The position numbers were made by a program, and so were the translations under genes. From the IMG/VR virus record IMGVR_UViG_3300021255_002065, positions 32,001-96,000 of that record: 64,000 nucleotides of DNA. The stretch is one strand, 5' to 3'. Origin of the DNA: a virus (taxonomy: Duplodnaviria; Caudoviricetes). Below, piece by piece: positions 18,792-30,819 of this stretch. How positions within the stretch are numbered: position 1 is the first letter of the stretch; every line of letters starts with the position of its first letter. The notes below the pieces were generated by a model, which ran no database searches, had not been told where the DNA came from, and saw nothing but the letters and a program-made list of their open reading frames with translations.

Positions 18792-21645
18792 AGAAATGAA
18801 AATATATCACAAAGTGATGGAATTCGCTAAACACAAAAATTCACAAGGTGGTTTCGGTAACTTGTATTATGTGAGAACGATCAAACCAGATGGAACGGTA
18901 ACATCCGAAACATATGGAATGAATATGATGACGGAGTATGGCTTAACACAATATTTCTACAACAATTCAAAACCAAGTTGGCCAAATTATTTATACATTG
19001 GAAACGGTACAGATCACACGCAATCTCAAATTAATGATAATATTCCTTCTGGTTCGGGACATCAATTGTTTTCTTATTTTACAACAGAACATGATGTCGA
19101 TAGTTTACGCGATACTACCATTGATTACAAATATCCGATGTATTATTATAAAATCCCCGGTAGTAATCCAGAAGAAGGTATTGTGACATGTGTTGCCAAA
19201 TTTCGAAAATGTGGATTTGATTACAATATTACCGGTGTCACACAACCATTTGAAATTACAGAATATGGTATTGGAACAGATTCCACACATTTATGGACAC
19301 ATTCGTGGGTGTATGATAAGACAGGTCGATATACGTATGTAACAAAGACTCCTGGTGAACGTTTGGAAATGATTATTTTTTTATGCATGTCATATAAGAC
19401 AAGTGTCATTACAAACGCCATTGCAAATGGACAATATCCGGTTATTACCACATTACAACGATTCATCGGTTATCGAATGGATGAACAAACCTTTGGAACA
19501 TATTGTCGATATAATTCATTTACAAATCGAAATTCTGTTAGTAGCATTTCATACACTCCAATTTCCGGACATCAACAAACTCGCACCAGATATTTGACAT
19601 CATTTAACATCAATAATTCAGAATCTGCTGAGAATGGATATATCGATGGTTTCTATTCATATACACCTGGATTTTGTGTCATAGAACCACAAATATTAAC
19701 AACTCCGGAATCATTTGATATTGAAATCCGAGATTCGTTTGATAACTATTATCAAACATCCATCTCAGATCAATTTGGTAGAAAGAGCACTCCACAAATA
19801 CCAATTACGCAATTGACGTTTAATACATCTGCTGGAGATGGATTGTGGTTGTATAATCGATTCCATACCACAAATGAAGACGGATATTCCAACCCAATCA
19901 GTTATACAAATGAATCCAATTATTGGTATGGGGAAACATCTTTGGAAACATCTTTTAATGTGCCAATCTATATGACGGATATTAACGATACAATTATAGA
20001 GTTATTCGTATATCAAAACATGCACACGGATAATCCCATTTTACAATTCAACAATACGACGATTGGTACAATTTATGGGACAGATGCATATTGGGACAAA
20101 TCCAAATGGGTTCGTATTGTGAATCCGTTTGCAATTCCAACAGCACAACAAACATGTCGTTATTACATTACGAATTCTAATTCCACGTCGCTGAATCCGG
20201 TTCGTGCATTGTCCAAATTTACAATCACCCCAACCACTGGTGAAAATAAGACATTCTCATTCATAATGTATAATCGTGAAACACAAAGTTGTCCACAAAT
20301 GTCATGTGAAAACTTTGAGAATGGATTCTATGTCCGAAATGCTTATGTATTTATCCCATCTTTGAACACCACATATCAGATTGGTGTCAGTGGTGATAAA
20401 CTAAGCAACGCTAGTTGGAATGAGTCATCTTATCAACACATGACATATGGAAAATTAATTATTACAACAAGAACTTCTTCTAATGATGGATATTTCTTAT
20501 TAACAAGCATGGATGATTTATTAGCTCCAGCAACTGTTCAGTTTATAATGACTGGTGATGATGGATTTACTGCGACATCCAACTTTAATTTGGGAACGCT
20601 GACGTATAAAACAGAATCCGGTACGGGAATCTTTTGTTTCCAAAGAACCGATGGCAATGATGAATGTGTTGTTGTTGACTTGACACGTCGTGACGTTGGT
20701 TCTGTAAATCCTTATATCAAAACAAAATTTGATGCAAAAATGTCATGTGCTATTTGCGATACACGATCAACCACATCTTCGAACCATCATCAACGTATTG
20801 CATATTACACCACGGATACAACAAATCCATCCATTAAGATATACGATTTCGATCAAGAAACAGATGTATTAGAATTGAATCTTCCAAATGTATCTGGAAC
20901 CAGCATGACAGATATCATTATCATGTGGGCATTGAATGACCACTTGTATGCATCAAATGGTTCATCATGGACATGGCATTGGGATTTATCTTCAGGAGAT
21001 ACAAGCGGAGAAAGTTGTACTAACATCATGACATTATTCTCTGCAAAATCCAATCTATGCAAAGCTAGATTCACATGTGTGGATGATGTGATTATGATTT
21101 ATAATGTGGAAGATGTAGATATCGCACATGTATATTATAATCGAATTGACCAGCATCAAAATATCGTATATTCTTTAAAAGACTTCGGTTTTACACAAGC
21201 TGGTCGCAATAGATCTTATTACAGTTTGCGATATATTGAAAATGGAAATACATTGGCGTTGATTTGTTCATATCCATATGAGTCTGGCAGTTATTATGGT
21301 TCAACACGTGTTTTAATTGACTTTGGGCAATATCTGAATCCGCCGACGGGATATGATCCCATATATTCCAAGATTTATGTAAATACACAATCTAAATATT
21401 ACAATGAGTCACCGAATTTTGTTCCGGCATGGACAACATATGGTGAAAACGTGATATGGGGACAACGACAAATACCGATTGCATTGATGATGCCAATTCG
21501 TATGAAAGCGCGTACCAAAACGATTTCTGCAGTAAATACAATCAAACATATTTCTGGCAAGACATTCGATGTTACATTCACCAATTCACCACCTGGAGAA
21601 TGGTCGGAAGATACTCCGGGATATCCGCCTGGTGTATTAAATTGA
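18784..21645 (+). CDS. Virion tail/baseplate protein, paralogue of 22245-25988
   Basis: Shares NLYY..T...DGT...E.YG.N.MT and C-terminal TKTI.A.N....ISGKT with the paralogue. Start uncertain (18766/18784/18796). Confidence 0.6.
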   Translation: MSEEMKIYHKVMEFAKHKNSQGGFGNLYYVRTIKPDGTVTSETYGMNMMTEYGLTQYFYNNSKPSWPNYLYIGNGTDHTQSQINDNIPSGSGHQLFSYFTTEHDVDSLRDTTIDYKYPMYYYKIPGSNPEEGIVTCVAKFRKCGFDYNITGVTQPFEITEYGIGTDSTHLWTHSWVYDKTGRYTYVTKTPGERLEMIIFLCMSYKTSVITNAIANGQYPVITTLQRFIGYRMDEQTFGTYCRYNSFTNRNSVSSISYTPISGHQQTRTRYLTSFNINNSESAENGYIDGFYSYTPGFCVIEPQILTTPESFDIEIRDSFDNYYQTSISDQFGRKSTPQIPITQLTFNTSAGDGLWLYNRFHTTNEDGYSNPISYTNESNYWYGETSLETSFNVPIYMTDINDTIIELFVYQNMHTDNPILQFNNTTIGTIYGTDAYWDKSKWVRIVNPFAIPTAQQTCRYYITNSNSTSLNPVRALSKFTITPTTGENKTFSFIMYNRETQSCPQMSCENFENGFYVRNAYVFIPSLNTTYQIGVSGDKLSNASWNESSYQHMTYGKLIITTRTSSNDGYFLLTSMDDLLAPATVQFIMTGDDGFTATSNFNLGTLTYKTESGTGIFCFQRTDGNDECVVVDLTRRDVGSVNPYIKTKFDAKMSCAICDTRSTTSSNHHQRIAYYTTDTTNPSIKIYDFDQETDVLELNLPNVSGTSMTDIIIMWALNDHLYASNGSSWTWHWDLSSGDTSGESCTNIMTLFSAKSNLCKARFTCVDDVIMIYNVEDVDIAHVYYNRIDQHQNIVYSLKDFGFTQAGRNRSYYSLRYIENGNTLALICSYPYESGSYYGSTRVLIDFGQYLNPPTGYDPIYSKIYVNTQSKYYNESPNFVPAWTTYGENVIWGQRQIPIALMMPIRMKARTKTISAVNTIKHISGKTFDVTFTNSPPGEWSEDTPGYPPGVLN

Positions 21646-21663
21646 TATGTGGAGGTGTTTCTT

Positions 21664-22227
21664 ATGGCAGATATTTTTTATGCAAAAGAAATCATGAAGA
21701 ATGTAAACAATTCAACATATCATGATCCGAATGGTAAGCCTTTACGGAAAATACGAGGGCTTTATGTGACGGGGGTCTGGCGACCCCCTCACTATATTGA
21801 CCGACATTTATTTATAACAAATATTGGTTTAAATAATATTCCCGCGAAAGTTGAATCCCTCACTGAGGACACGAAACATGTACGCCCATCAGATTATTTA
21901 ACCGCAATTACAGAGTTTAAGGCAACAACTTCAGCGACATTTATTCACTTCACAAAAATAGAAAAACACCAACGTCCAGGTGATTACTTAACTGCAATCA
22001 CGGAGTTTAAATCACTTGGACCACCGTCATTTTATAAATTTACAACAGTATCAAAACATGTACATCCATCAGATTATTTAACTGCAATTACAGAGTTTAA
22101 GGCAACAACAATGGCAACATTTGTGCCATACTATATTCCAGAGGTAATTACACATGCTCCCGGTAAACCATCATTACAAATCAAAAGCATCAGTGGCACA
22201 CAGGCTACTGTTGAAGATGTAACATAA
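21664..22227 (+). CDS. Small virion protein with three ~30-aa repeats
   Basis: KHxxPxDYLTAITEFK repeated three times; GGAGGT RBS. Confidence 0.6.
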   Translation: MADIFYAKEIMKNVNNSTYHDPNGKPLRKIRGLYVTGVWRPPHYIDRHLFITNIGLNNIPAKVESLTEDTKHVRPSDYLTAITEFKATTSATFIHFTKIEKHQRPGDYLTAITEFKSLGPPSFYKFTTVSKHVHPSDYLTAITEFKATTMATFVPYYIPEVITHAPGKPSLQIKSISGTQATVEDVT

Positions 22228-22244
22228 GGAAAGGAGAGATTATT

Positions 22245-25200
22245 ATGCGTTTTGAAGATTTAACTCAAGAACAGATCGATGAAAAGATTCTTTCATTTCA
22301 AAATAATAACAAAGATTTGAAAGGGCATAATCTATATTACGCAGTTACGGTAAATGAAGATGGAACCATTGCAGATGAAGCATATGGTGCAAATCTAATG
22401 ACAAATCGTGGATTCATGATGACGTATCACAAAGAGTGTATTCAAGAAAATTGGTATAATTATAGATTCATGATTGGTACTGGTTATACAAATGACAATG
22501 GCACAACTTATACGGGACATCCAGAGTTGACAGATGAATGCATGGAAGAATATGTCGGTATTTGTACCAGTTGGACACAGTCACTCGGAGTTATTGTCAC
22601 ATCTTATGATGACATGGAAACTACTGATGAAGGTGTAATTTATCAGGTATCCCGCATTGGATATGGCTATTTCGATTATCAACATTCGTTACCGACCAAT
22701 GACAACCCTACAATCGCGGGTCATTATGGTGGCACACCAGATGGAAGAACGGTGAATGGTTCAACCGTTGTAGATAGCCGTTGGCAACAAGACGAAGTCG
22801 GTTGGTACTTTAATATTACGGAAATGGGTGGAACGTACGGTGGAGAACACCGATACTCTATATGGTACAATGGCAACTATCATTATTATTGCACAGATGG
22901 TTCCAGTAATCCGGGAGGTTGGGCAACTAGAAACGTGATATGGCATTTCTTATTGTTGGATTATAATGGAAATCCACAACCATTGAAAAAACGATACAAT
23001 CAGAAGTTGTTTATTTATGTATATCACACATCGATATTGCCAGAAAAAATGATCATTGATAATTGGAAAGATAAACAATATTTGATGATAAATCCAGAAG
23101 GATATAATAGAGGATATAACAATGAATCCATCTATGTCTCACCAATTTCTCATTACGCTAACTATACTGCATGGGAATCAAAAAACCCGATTACTAATCG
23201 ATATGCAGATATGATTAATTACGCATGTGGCATGACTGCCACACTAGATTATGTTAATAATATCTATTCGTATTCGGGTGGAGGACAACCATGGGATACA
23301 GATCCATATGGCACAACAGATGGTGTTTCTGTAACATACCGATTCACATCTAAGACGCGTTTAGTGGAAGATCATTGGGTATTTGTTTCATATTATCTGA
23401 CGGGCTTGACGTATTGGAATGGTGGCAGTCGTACTAGTTATGATACGATCAGAGGAGACACATTTTTGGTGACATATGACGAATTGGATGAGCCGGAAGA
23501 AATTACCACAGAAATTTATTGCAATAACTCGCAGAGTAATTGGATCAGTGATCAATTTGGTGAAACACCGGATACTAGTGCAAAGAACGGATTAATGCCA
23601 ATTATGGATATGGAGACAGCACCAACGCATGCTTACTTGTATAATTATGACACGAAAGAATGCGATATTCCTGTGGAGTTATATATTCCACAAAATGCAG
23701 CATGCGGTCAATATTTTTATGCACAAAGAGTGTTGATTGATAATCTGATATTGAGACAAATGTTATGTCCAGATGGTGCTACCAGAGAATGTAATGCATA
23801 TTTCAACCCTTTTGCATATAAAGAAAATGATCCTGATTATGCAGGTATCCATCCGGGCAAAATCATTACAGCCATTGATAAAACTTCGGTTACATTATTC
23901 GCTGCAGATAAGTATTGGGATATCTCCACATGGACACAATTCATCAATAATTCAGATATGGGGAATCAAACTGATACAAATGGACATCTCTTAGTGCAAA
24001 AGAAATATTTTGTTGCATATGACACCAGTACTGCATCTAATCGAGAACTATGGTTGACATTCCGTGATGAGGATTATCCGAAGATTGTACCTCATACAGA
24101 GAATGTAGATTTGTTTACGTTACCATATCATGATATCACAGAAATGATTGGGAATGATGATTATAATTACTTTACCATTGGAGATGGTGTTGTAAAACTA
24201 AGCGGAGAACCTGGCGTGGGTTTGGATAACACATTAGCATTTGATACGTATTATCATCTGCAACATGATTACTATTCGTCATTATATCATGCTCGCCAAG
24301 CTTATGGTAAGAATATTATGTTTAAAATGTGGCATCAGACTAATATGGTTGACATATGGGATATTACAGAAGAATCCACGATTTCCAGTTGGAATCATCA
24401 ATATAAGACATTAAAGAATCATTTCGCTTGCGATAGATATTGGAGTGATTGTTACGAGGATCATAACAATGGTCGATACATGATATTGAGTGGAAATAGT
24501 GGTACGGATGATATTCTTGGAGAACATGGATATGGAATCACTATATTTGATAATGCTTTGGATGTAGAAGCAGAATATCCAGAAACAATCGAAGATATTA
24601 CCAGCGTTATAACATTTGCATATCCATCAGAAAGTGGGTATGGATACTATGCGCAAGATTATAGGTCTATCGCGATGAGTGCAGGAGAATATGTGGAAGT
24701 GGATCCAGATGATGTCATTTATGGTATCATTGATTGTGATTATACAAGAAACAATAACAACGCATATTATTTCTTTGGAGCTGTATTTGATGAAAACAAG
24801 ACATTATTATATGTTTTTAATAAAAGATGCACACCATTCTGGATAAGACATCCTGATGCGAAATATGCAAGAATCTATTTTACAAATTACTCCACCGCTG
24901 GTGGTGCTGATGCAATTAATTCTATGCGAAACCCATACAATGTTTGGTTTGTGAAGAATAAGAATTATGGATTGGACATGCCATATATTAAAGATGCTCG
25001 TCATGGTATTTGTGTGAGAGGATCTTCCAACTTAATGGCATATAACGATGTATCAGAAGGACACACATATTTGCAAACATGGCGCATTATTAATATGAGT
25101 GATCCAGTTGATACAAATGGAGATCCAAAAATCTTACAAACATTTGAAATTGATGAAAACTTTATTGGTGGAACATTCACTGGTGGTATTGGTTTCTCCC

Positions 25201-25988
25201 ATTATGTATATTTAAGAATGAATGATAAGAATAACAATTATTCCTTCTGGTTATATGATACTACTTCACGAGAATTAAAACATCTTGCATCAACTACATG
25301 GAATGGGTTTAATGATTCTACTGGAAATAGACATGCATGCTTTGTTGGTAATGACGATGTATTGTGCTATTGTGGTGCTATCTATAGTAATAGCATCACA
25401 AATGATTTATCGAATTTCGGATCAAATATTTATTGTATTACAGCAGATGACCCCGAAACTCTACGCACATTGTGGAGTTATCATAATACGACAACATCAT
25501 TACAGTTGAAGACTGTGAACTGGGGGACGACATCTGATCCAAAGAATCAACTTTTGTTAGCTGGATATGGACACTATGCAAATAATCGTTTTTATTATAG
25601 ACAGCGCATTGTATTGGACATCGGGAAATGGTTGAAAACAAAGAGTTGGCCAAATGGAGAGCCTGGAAGTTATTGGGATTCCAGGTCGAACAGTAGTGAT
25701 ACCGGCAATATATATGACGGATATATTTATGCTTATATCTACAAGAAAGGTGTTATTGAATTGAAGAATGGCGATACTTCAAGAGCAACTTCTCAGATTA
25801 GTTATCGACCATTAGAGAATTTCTTACCAATGGAATTTACATGTACTACAAAAACGATTAATGCATTTAATAATCCAATTCAAATCAGTGGTAAGACATA
25901 CACATTTACCAGAACAAATAATTTGAAAGCAATTAATGTAAATCTTGATGAAAATACATCGAATATTTGGAAACAGAATACTGAATAA
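22245..25988 (+). CDS. Virion tail/baseplate protein, paralogue of 18784-21645
   Basis: Conserved termini shared with the upstream paralogue; Tyr/Asn/Thr-rich beta composition. Confidence 0.6.
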   Translation: MRFEDLTQEQIDEKILSFQNNNKDLKGHNLYYAVTVNEDGTIADEAYGANLMTNRGFMMTYHKECIQENWYNYRFMIGTGYTNDNGTTYTGHPELTDECMEEYVGICTSWTQSLGVIVTSYDDMETTDEGVIYQVSRIGYGYFDYQHSLPTNDNPTIAGHYGGTPDGRTVNGSTVVDSRWQQDEVGWYFNITEMGGTYGGEHRYSIWYNGNYHYYCTDGSSNPGGWATRNVIWHFLLLDYNGNPQPLKKRYNQKLFIYVYHTSILPEKMIIDNWKDKQYLMINPEGYNRGYNNESIYVSPISHYANYTAWESKNPITNRYADMINYACGMTATLDYVNNIYSYSGGGQPWDTDPYGTTDGVSVTYRFTSKTRLVEDHWVFVSYYLTGLTYWNGGSRTSYDTIRGDTFLVTYDELDEPEEITTEIYCNNSQSNWISDQFGETPDTSAKNGLMPIMDMETAPTHAYLYNYDTKECDIPVELYIPQNAACGQYFYAQRVLIDNLILRQMLCPDGATRECNAYFNPFAYKENDPDYAGIHPGKIITAIDKTSVTLFAADKYWDISTWTQFINNSDMGNQTDTNGHLLVQKKYFVAYDTSTASNRELWLTFRDEDYPKIVPHTENVDLFTLPYHDITEMIGNDDYNYFTIGDGVVKLSGEPGVGLDNTLAFDTYYHLQHDYYSSLYHARQAYGKNIMFKMWHQTNMVDIWDITEESTISSWNHQYKTLKNHFACDRYWSDCYEDHNNGRYMILSGNSGTDDILGEHGYGITIFDNALDVEAEYPETIEDITSVITFAYPSESGYGYYAQDYRSIAMSAGEYVEVDPDDVIYGIIDCDYTRNNNNAYYFFGAVFDENKTLLYVFNKRCTPFWIRHPDAKYARIYFTNYSTAGGADAINSMRNPYNVWFVKNKNYGLDMPYIKDARHGICVRGSSNLMAYNDVSEGHTYLQTWRIINMSDPVDTNGDPKILQTFEIDENFIGGTFTGGIGFSHYVYLRMNDKNNNYSFWLYDTTSRELKHLASTTWNGFNDSTGNRHACFVGNDDVLCYCGAIYSNSITNDLSNFGSNIYCITADDPETLRTLWSYHNTTTSLQLKTVNWGTTSDPKNQLLLAGYGHYANNRFYYRQRIVLDIGKWLKTKSWPNGEPGSYWDSRSNSSDTGNIYDGYIYAYIYKKGVIELKNGDTSRATSQISYRPLENFLPMEFTCTTKTINAFNNPIQISGKTYTFTRTNNLKAINVNLDENTSNIWKQNTE

Positions 25989-25993
25989 TGATT

Positions 25994-26017
25994 ATTGGGG
26001 GCCATATGGCCCCCAAT
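25994..26017. terminator. Bidirectional palindromic terminator
   Basis: ATTGGGGGCCATATGGCCCCCAAT between convergent operons. Confidence 0.7.
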
Positions 26018-26020
26018 TGA

Positions 26021-29000
26021 TTATACTAAAATCTCATCATCAATAATATTAATTTCGATATTTTCTTCATCCAATACAAACATCTCCGGAACATATCGTT
26101 CCAATTCGTTTGTTGGCATATCTTCCAAGCGCCTCCACCTCTGCACAATACTCTGTGTCATCGCGTCCATATAATTTCCATTTGGGTCGTTCTTTTCATT
26201 CGTATACCAACCGTTGAATTTTAAATATGCCACATTGTCATGTGATTCCATACGTTGAATGATATGAGAAACGTAAATATTATTATTCATCGTCACCAAT
26301 TGCTTTGGTGTATGCACAGTGGTTAAGCGATTGAAATAATCACGTACAATCAATCTTAATTCTTGTTTTGTATTGGAAGCTAATGCACGATTGTACAATT
26401 TTACATCAAATGAAATTTGAATATTTAGATCTGGCCAGAACAAATCATCACTTGCATAATATTGTTTATCGGAACAATAGCTATGTGGTAGACCATATGT
26501 GGCGACTAGTTTGCAATCCAGATAATGGTTTCCTTCCAAACGTTTGAAGATGACTGGTTCAATGGCTTTGTGTACCTGTGTGAAGGTTTTGACAAAGTCT
26601 TTGAATTTGTCGGATTTCATCAAAGAATATTCTACAAATGGCATGAGTTGGACTGTCATTCCACCATTCACATTAGATGTTTCGAATACTGTATTGATGA
26701 TATCTTTATAACTACATAGGATTCCATAAATGTCTTCCCAAACAATCACATTGTCCTGTTTGGTCAATGTACCATCTACAAGTTTGAATATCGTATCCAA
26801 ACCATCATCTTCTTTTATTACATAATATACATTTTCAACAGGTGCGAGTTCAATTGTACAATCTTCATCTTCATATAGTTTGGAATAATCCTTCTCCGTT
26901 TCAGGAATATCATCTACATTTACATCTCCGATTTTTTCAATTACATAAAGCATGTATTTTAAATTATCACGAACAGTGGAGATGTATGTTGTATCATTCG
27001 GAACTACATCTGTTCTACCATAATTGATATTTTTATATGATTTTGTCGTTTCATCATAAACTGGGATAACTGTAACAATATTAAATTGATATGGATTTTC
27101 TGCATATGTTTCATATGGATATTCGTTAACAAGATCTTCCCCTAAATTCAATACATAATCTCGATCACGTATTAGTGCATCATCACTGTTATCATAGATG
27201 GATTTTGGATGATTGATAATAAAGTCATAGTAGATCCGATAATTGGATATGGCATCAGCATAACGGGTATCAAATTCCTTGGCATAAACAATTTGTATAT
27301 TATCATCTTGATATGAGAAGGTTTCTACATACTCATCCGCAATTAAAATGTTTAATACATCATAGATGGGCTGTATGTTTTTATCCAACAAATAGACATC
27401 ATGATCTGTTAACACATTTTCTCTACCTTTGATATCTGTGATCATAGTTTCTAATTGTTCTTTTATATGATTGGATGTCACAGACAATGCTGCACGTGTT
27501 GTTTTGTCCATATTTGCTTGATACAACATCTGGTGTTCTGCAACTGTATAAACATCATACAATGAACCATTCACGTTATAATCATAGAATGCCGACATTT
27601 CATTGTAAGTATCTACTTGTGCAATTGTTGGCATGCTGGATTCTTGAAAATCCACAACACTTCTCATCTCTTTCAACTCTTGTACCAATGAGAAGTCACG
27701 TACATAATATTGGTCATTTAATAGATAACCGGTAAAGGTATCTCCAGTTACAATATCAGAAATACGATCTGGGTTTGTATCGGATTTGAATAAGATGGAA
27801 ATACGTAATTCTGGTTCGATGGCATTGATGGTAACAACCTTACCACTACGAACAGGAGTCCAGTTACCACCACCTACATCCAAAGAAGCAATACGAATAA
27901 TATTATCCACATCCAACATTTCATTCAATGGATACATGTCTGCTTGATATAGATATGCACCGTCAGATTCACGTTGTACCGGTAACATTTCTACATGACC
28001 TGTTTCTACACCATTCAAATACGCATGTAATACCACACGTAAATTATTCTTTTCTAATTCTACCGAAGAGGATTTGATATACAACATCGCTTCATTTTCG
28101 GAGAAAGCAGAGAATGGTATGCGATAATAATCAATTGTATTAGACGAAGGGGAGGCTTTCATTGTTGCATAAGCTAAGATGGTACCTTCACTCAAGAATC
28201 CTTGGTCGCTACCATCTGATGTGACAGGATATGAGAATCGATACACACCAGCTGTTTGTACGGGTTGTGCATTTGTTGCATATGGTAAACATACATTCAC
28301 TGCATTTTGAATATTGTATACATAGTGGAGTGTACCACCATCTGTTGCATCAATTTCTTCTCCATCATCATCGTATTCAATAAATGAATAGGAAAGGTCG
28401 ATATTTAATGTGACAGTCCGATATGCTTCACCCACATTCCAGATGGCAGCTTCACCAAACTTTTGACGAGAGGTCTTATATGCTGTATCGACAGTGATGA
28501 CAGCACTAAGGATCTTGATGGGTCGATTCTGTCCTTCGGTATCATCAATACTGATATCCTCTTTCAATTGTAATGTATAATAATCCGCCGTTCCAGATTT
28601 GTTGAATTTGAGTACATCAATCGATTCCATGCCATAACATATGATTCTTGTATCCCCTGTTACTGCAATCGGTTCACATGTACCGTTCACACCCCACAAA
28701 TCAGTATGTCCATACAAGTAATCCATGTTGGCAATATCCAAATCGATTTCTTTTACATTATCCACAACAGATTCATCACGAATCCATACATCTCCCAAAG
28801 AAATATTTCCATCATCACGAACATATTTATTTCTGACACATAAATATGTCTTTGTAGGATCAAATGGTAATGCGCCTTCTGATTTCAGATGAGGTAATAA
28901 TGGAATGTCTGTTGCGAATATATCACGTGGACGATTGAAATATGTCCAAATGATTTCATTAATTTCTGGGGATGTTGCATTGATTAATAATCGCTTCACC

Positions 29001-30742
29001 CAAGCTTCCCCATGTACTGTTGTTAATTGTGACAAATCCACATAGGTTTGTACACGATAATAGTCATCTTTGTATGTGCGAGAAATCTCCACATCAATTG
29101 GTGTTGCATGATAAATGCGTGAGATATCTTCCGTATTGATATCTTTATAAGAAATTTTATCCACAGAAGGAACGCGTGTTGGTAATACTACTAAATCCAC
29201 CCATGGATTAAAGTATGCAATTGCAAATGGATCTTTTTGAATCTTTACACCAAATGGATTTGTAAAGACAAATTTCTCATTGATGGATTGTAATGTGTTT
29301 GCCGTTTCAATGACAGTGGAACCTTTGGAAACATACGGAACAACAGTCCATGTATTTTCATCACCATATCTCCAAATCCATCCGGGTGGAATGACAATCT
29401 CATTTTGTGTGATGGTGTTGTCGGAGTTGTTGAATAACATGTAATATGGAATTTTACCATGTAATGTGTTCGTTCGATATACGTTATCATTGTCATCTTT
29501 CAATGCAAGATAACCACTCCAAATTCTTCCCCATGGATCATCGCGTCGTTTATAGAAGAAGGGATATAAGATATTTTTGAAATAAAATGTCTTAAACCAT
29601 TCATCAATATCATGATCTGTAGAAATGACATTTGCGGTATTATATGCTTCGATGGTTTCTCGACGAAGTGTTTCGGTATTCCCAATATCCGTACCGCCCA
29701 AAGAACCACTGATGACAAATGCGGCTTTTGTTACATTTGCATTATTCGGATATTTGGTCGTGGCTGTAATGACACTGGGTTGTACGGATGGCGCTTCCGT
29801 GAAGTTGGCAGCTTGTCCATGAGAGGTGTATACCACAATCTCAAATGAAGAATTCATCTTCGGTACAAAGAAACGAGTTCCCATTAATTGAAACATCAGA
29901 CGAATCGTTTTTGGATTGTCCATGATGTAATGTACATATGGTTCCATATCCTTTACATCATCATGGATTGCTAAGATGTGATCTCTGGATAATGGTTTTC
30001 TAACTTCGTTCCCATCTGTATCCGTATAGACATATGTGACATCGAATCCACAAATATGTCCATCTGTTTGAATCAGATAATCTTCATTGGGAATGGCTTG
30101 TGTATTAGAATTAATGACGGTATATTTTGTTCTTGTATATTCAGATACCGAAACAAACAAACACAACCATGTGTCTGTCACACGATAAACAATATATCGG
30201 TTTTTATTGACAGCAACACAGTTTGGTTCAAAATTGGTATATTGAATATTCCATGCGGGAGCTGCAGCACCATGATTGGTTGCGGTTTCCACCGTTTTGT
30301 ATTGGAATAAGATGTCATAATCCAATGAATATACATTTCCATTTGGAAGATTAAACTTGGTATCTTTATCCAAAATGAATTCTTTAAATCCGGTATCTGG
30401 ATTATCAACTGCATTATTCATCAAATCTGACATGCGAAGTTCCAATAATAGATTCGTACAGCTAGGAGTTGCAAAAGCATATCCCAGATTGAAGATGGCG
30501 GCTTCTGCATAAATGGAATCTGGTAACACTGCTTTTGTGATGAATGATTCATTAAAATAAAAAGATGATGTAAATGCCATCTGTTCAGTTGCTTGTGAAA
30601 TGTATTCATTAATAATACTGAATGCACCCGTGTTCAACACATTCAATGGAATGTCGTGAAATACACGTGACATCAAGTTTTGTTGGATATATTGTTTGAT
30701 TCGTGAGTCATCCGAATAGTTATTTAAAACAATATCTGGCAT
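26021..30742 (-). CDS. Baseplate wedge protein (T4 gp6/baseplate-J-like)
   Basis: NESFITKAVLPDSIY..A...GY N-terminus, YTSHGxxAN, GGTDxxxxETLR, and C-terminal IYVSHIIQ..E....VAY. Confidence 0.65.
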   Translation of the reverse strand: MPDIVLNNYSDDSRIKQYIQQNLMSRVFHDIPLNVLNTGAFSIINEYISQATEQMAFTSSFYFNESFITKAVLPDSIYAEAAIFNLGYAFATPSCTNLLLELRMSDLMNNAVDNPDTGFKEFILDKDTKFNLPNGNVYSLDYDILFQYKTVETATNHGAAAPAWNIQYTNFEPNCVAVNKNRYIVYRVTDTWLCLFVSVSEYTRTKYTVINSNTQAIPNEDYLIQTDGHICGFDVTYVYTDTDGNEVRKPLSRDHILAIHDDVKDMEPYVHYIMDNPKTIRLMFQLMGTRFFVPKMNSSFEIVVYTSHGQAANFTEAPSVQPSVITATTKYPNNANVTKAAFVISGSLGGTDIGNTETLRRETIEAYNTANVISTDHDIDEWFKTFYFKNILYPFFYKRRDDPWGRIWSGYLALKDDNDNVYRTNTLHGKIPYYMLFNNSDNTITQNEIVIPPGWIWRYGDENTWTVVPYVSKGSTVIETANTLQSINEKFVFTNPFGVKIQKDPFAIAYFNPWVDLVVLPTRVPSVDKISYKDINTEDISRIYHATPIDVEISRTYKDDYYRVQTYVDLSQLTTVHGEAWVKRLLINATSPEINEIIWTYFNRPRDIFATDIPLLPHLKSEGALPFDPTKTYLCVRNKYVRDDGNISLGDVWIRDESVVDNVKEIDLDIANMDYLYGHTDLWGVNGTCEPIAVTGDTRIICYGMESIDVLKFNKSGTADYYTLQLKEDISIDDTEGQNRPIKILSAVITVDTAYKTSRQKFGEAAIWNVGEAYRTVTLNIDLSYSFIEYDDDGEEIDATDGGTLHYVYNIQNAVNVCLPYATNAQPVQTAGVYRFSYPVTSDGSDQGFLSEGTILAYATMKASPSSNTIDYYRIPFSAFSENEAMLYIKSSSVELEKNNLRVVLHAYLNGVETGHVEMLPVQRESDGAYLYQADMYPLNEMLDVDNIIRIASLDVGGGNWTPVRSGKVVTINAIEPELRISILFKSDTNPDRISDIVTGDTFTGYLLNDQYYVRDFSLVQELKEMRSVVDFQESSMPTIAQVDTYNEMSAFYDYNVNGSLYDVYTVAEHQMLYQANMDKTTRAALSVTSNHIKEQLETMITDIKGRENVLTDHDVYLLDKNIQPIYDVLNILIADEYVETFSYQDDNIQIVYAKEFDTRYADAISNYRIYYDFIINHPKSIYDNSDDALIRDRDYVLNLGEDLVNEYPYETYAENPYQFNIVTVIPVYDETTKSYKNINYGRTDVVPNDTTYISTVRDNLKYMLYVIEKIGDVNVDDIPETEKDYSKLYEDEDCTIELAPVENVYYVIKEDDGLDTIFKLVDGTLTKQDNVIVWEDIYGILCSYKDIINTVFETSNVNGGMTVQLMPFVEYSLMKSDKFKDFVKTFTQVHKAIEPVIFKRLEGNHYLDCKLVATYGLPHSYCSDKQYYASDDLFWPDLNIQISFDVKLYNRALASNTKQELRLIVRDYFNRLTTVHTPKQLVTMNNNIYVSHIIQRMESHDNVAYLKFNGWYTNEKNDPNGNYMDAMTQSIVQRWRRLEDMPTNELERYVPEMFVLDEENIEINIIDDEILV

Positions 30743-30819
30743 GTGAATTCCTCCTTAAGTGTAATATATAAAGGTGGAACGGACATGTAAGTCCGTGCAC
30801 CATAGGTGTTCGCACGTTG

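Noticed and set aside
21860-22125. DGR template/variable repeat pair
   Set aside because: Repeats are in-frame protein repeats with mostly synonymous, non-adenine-specific differences; no reverse transcriptase in the window.
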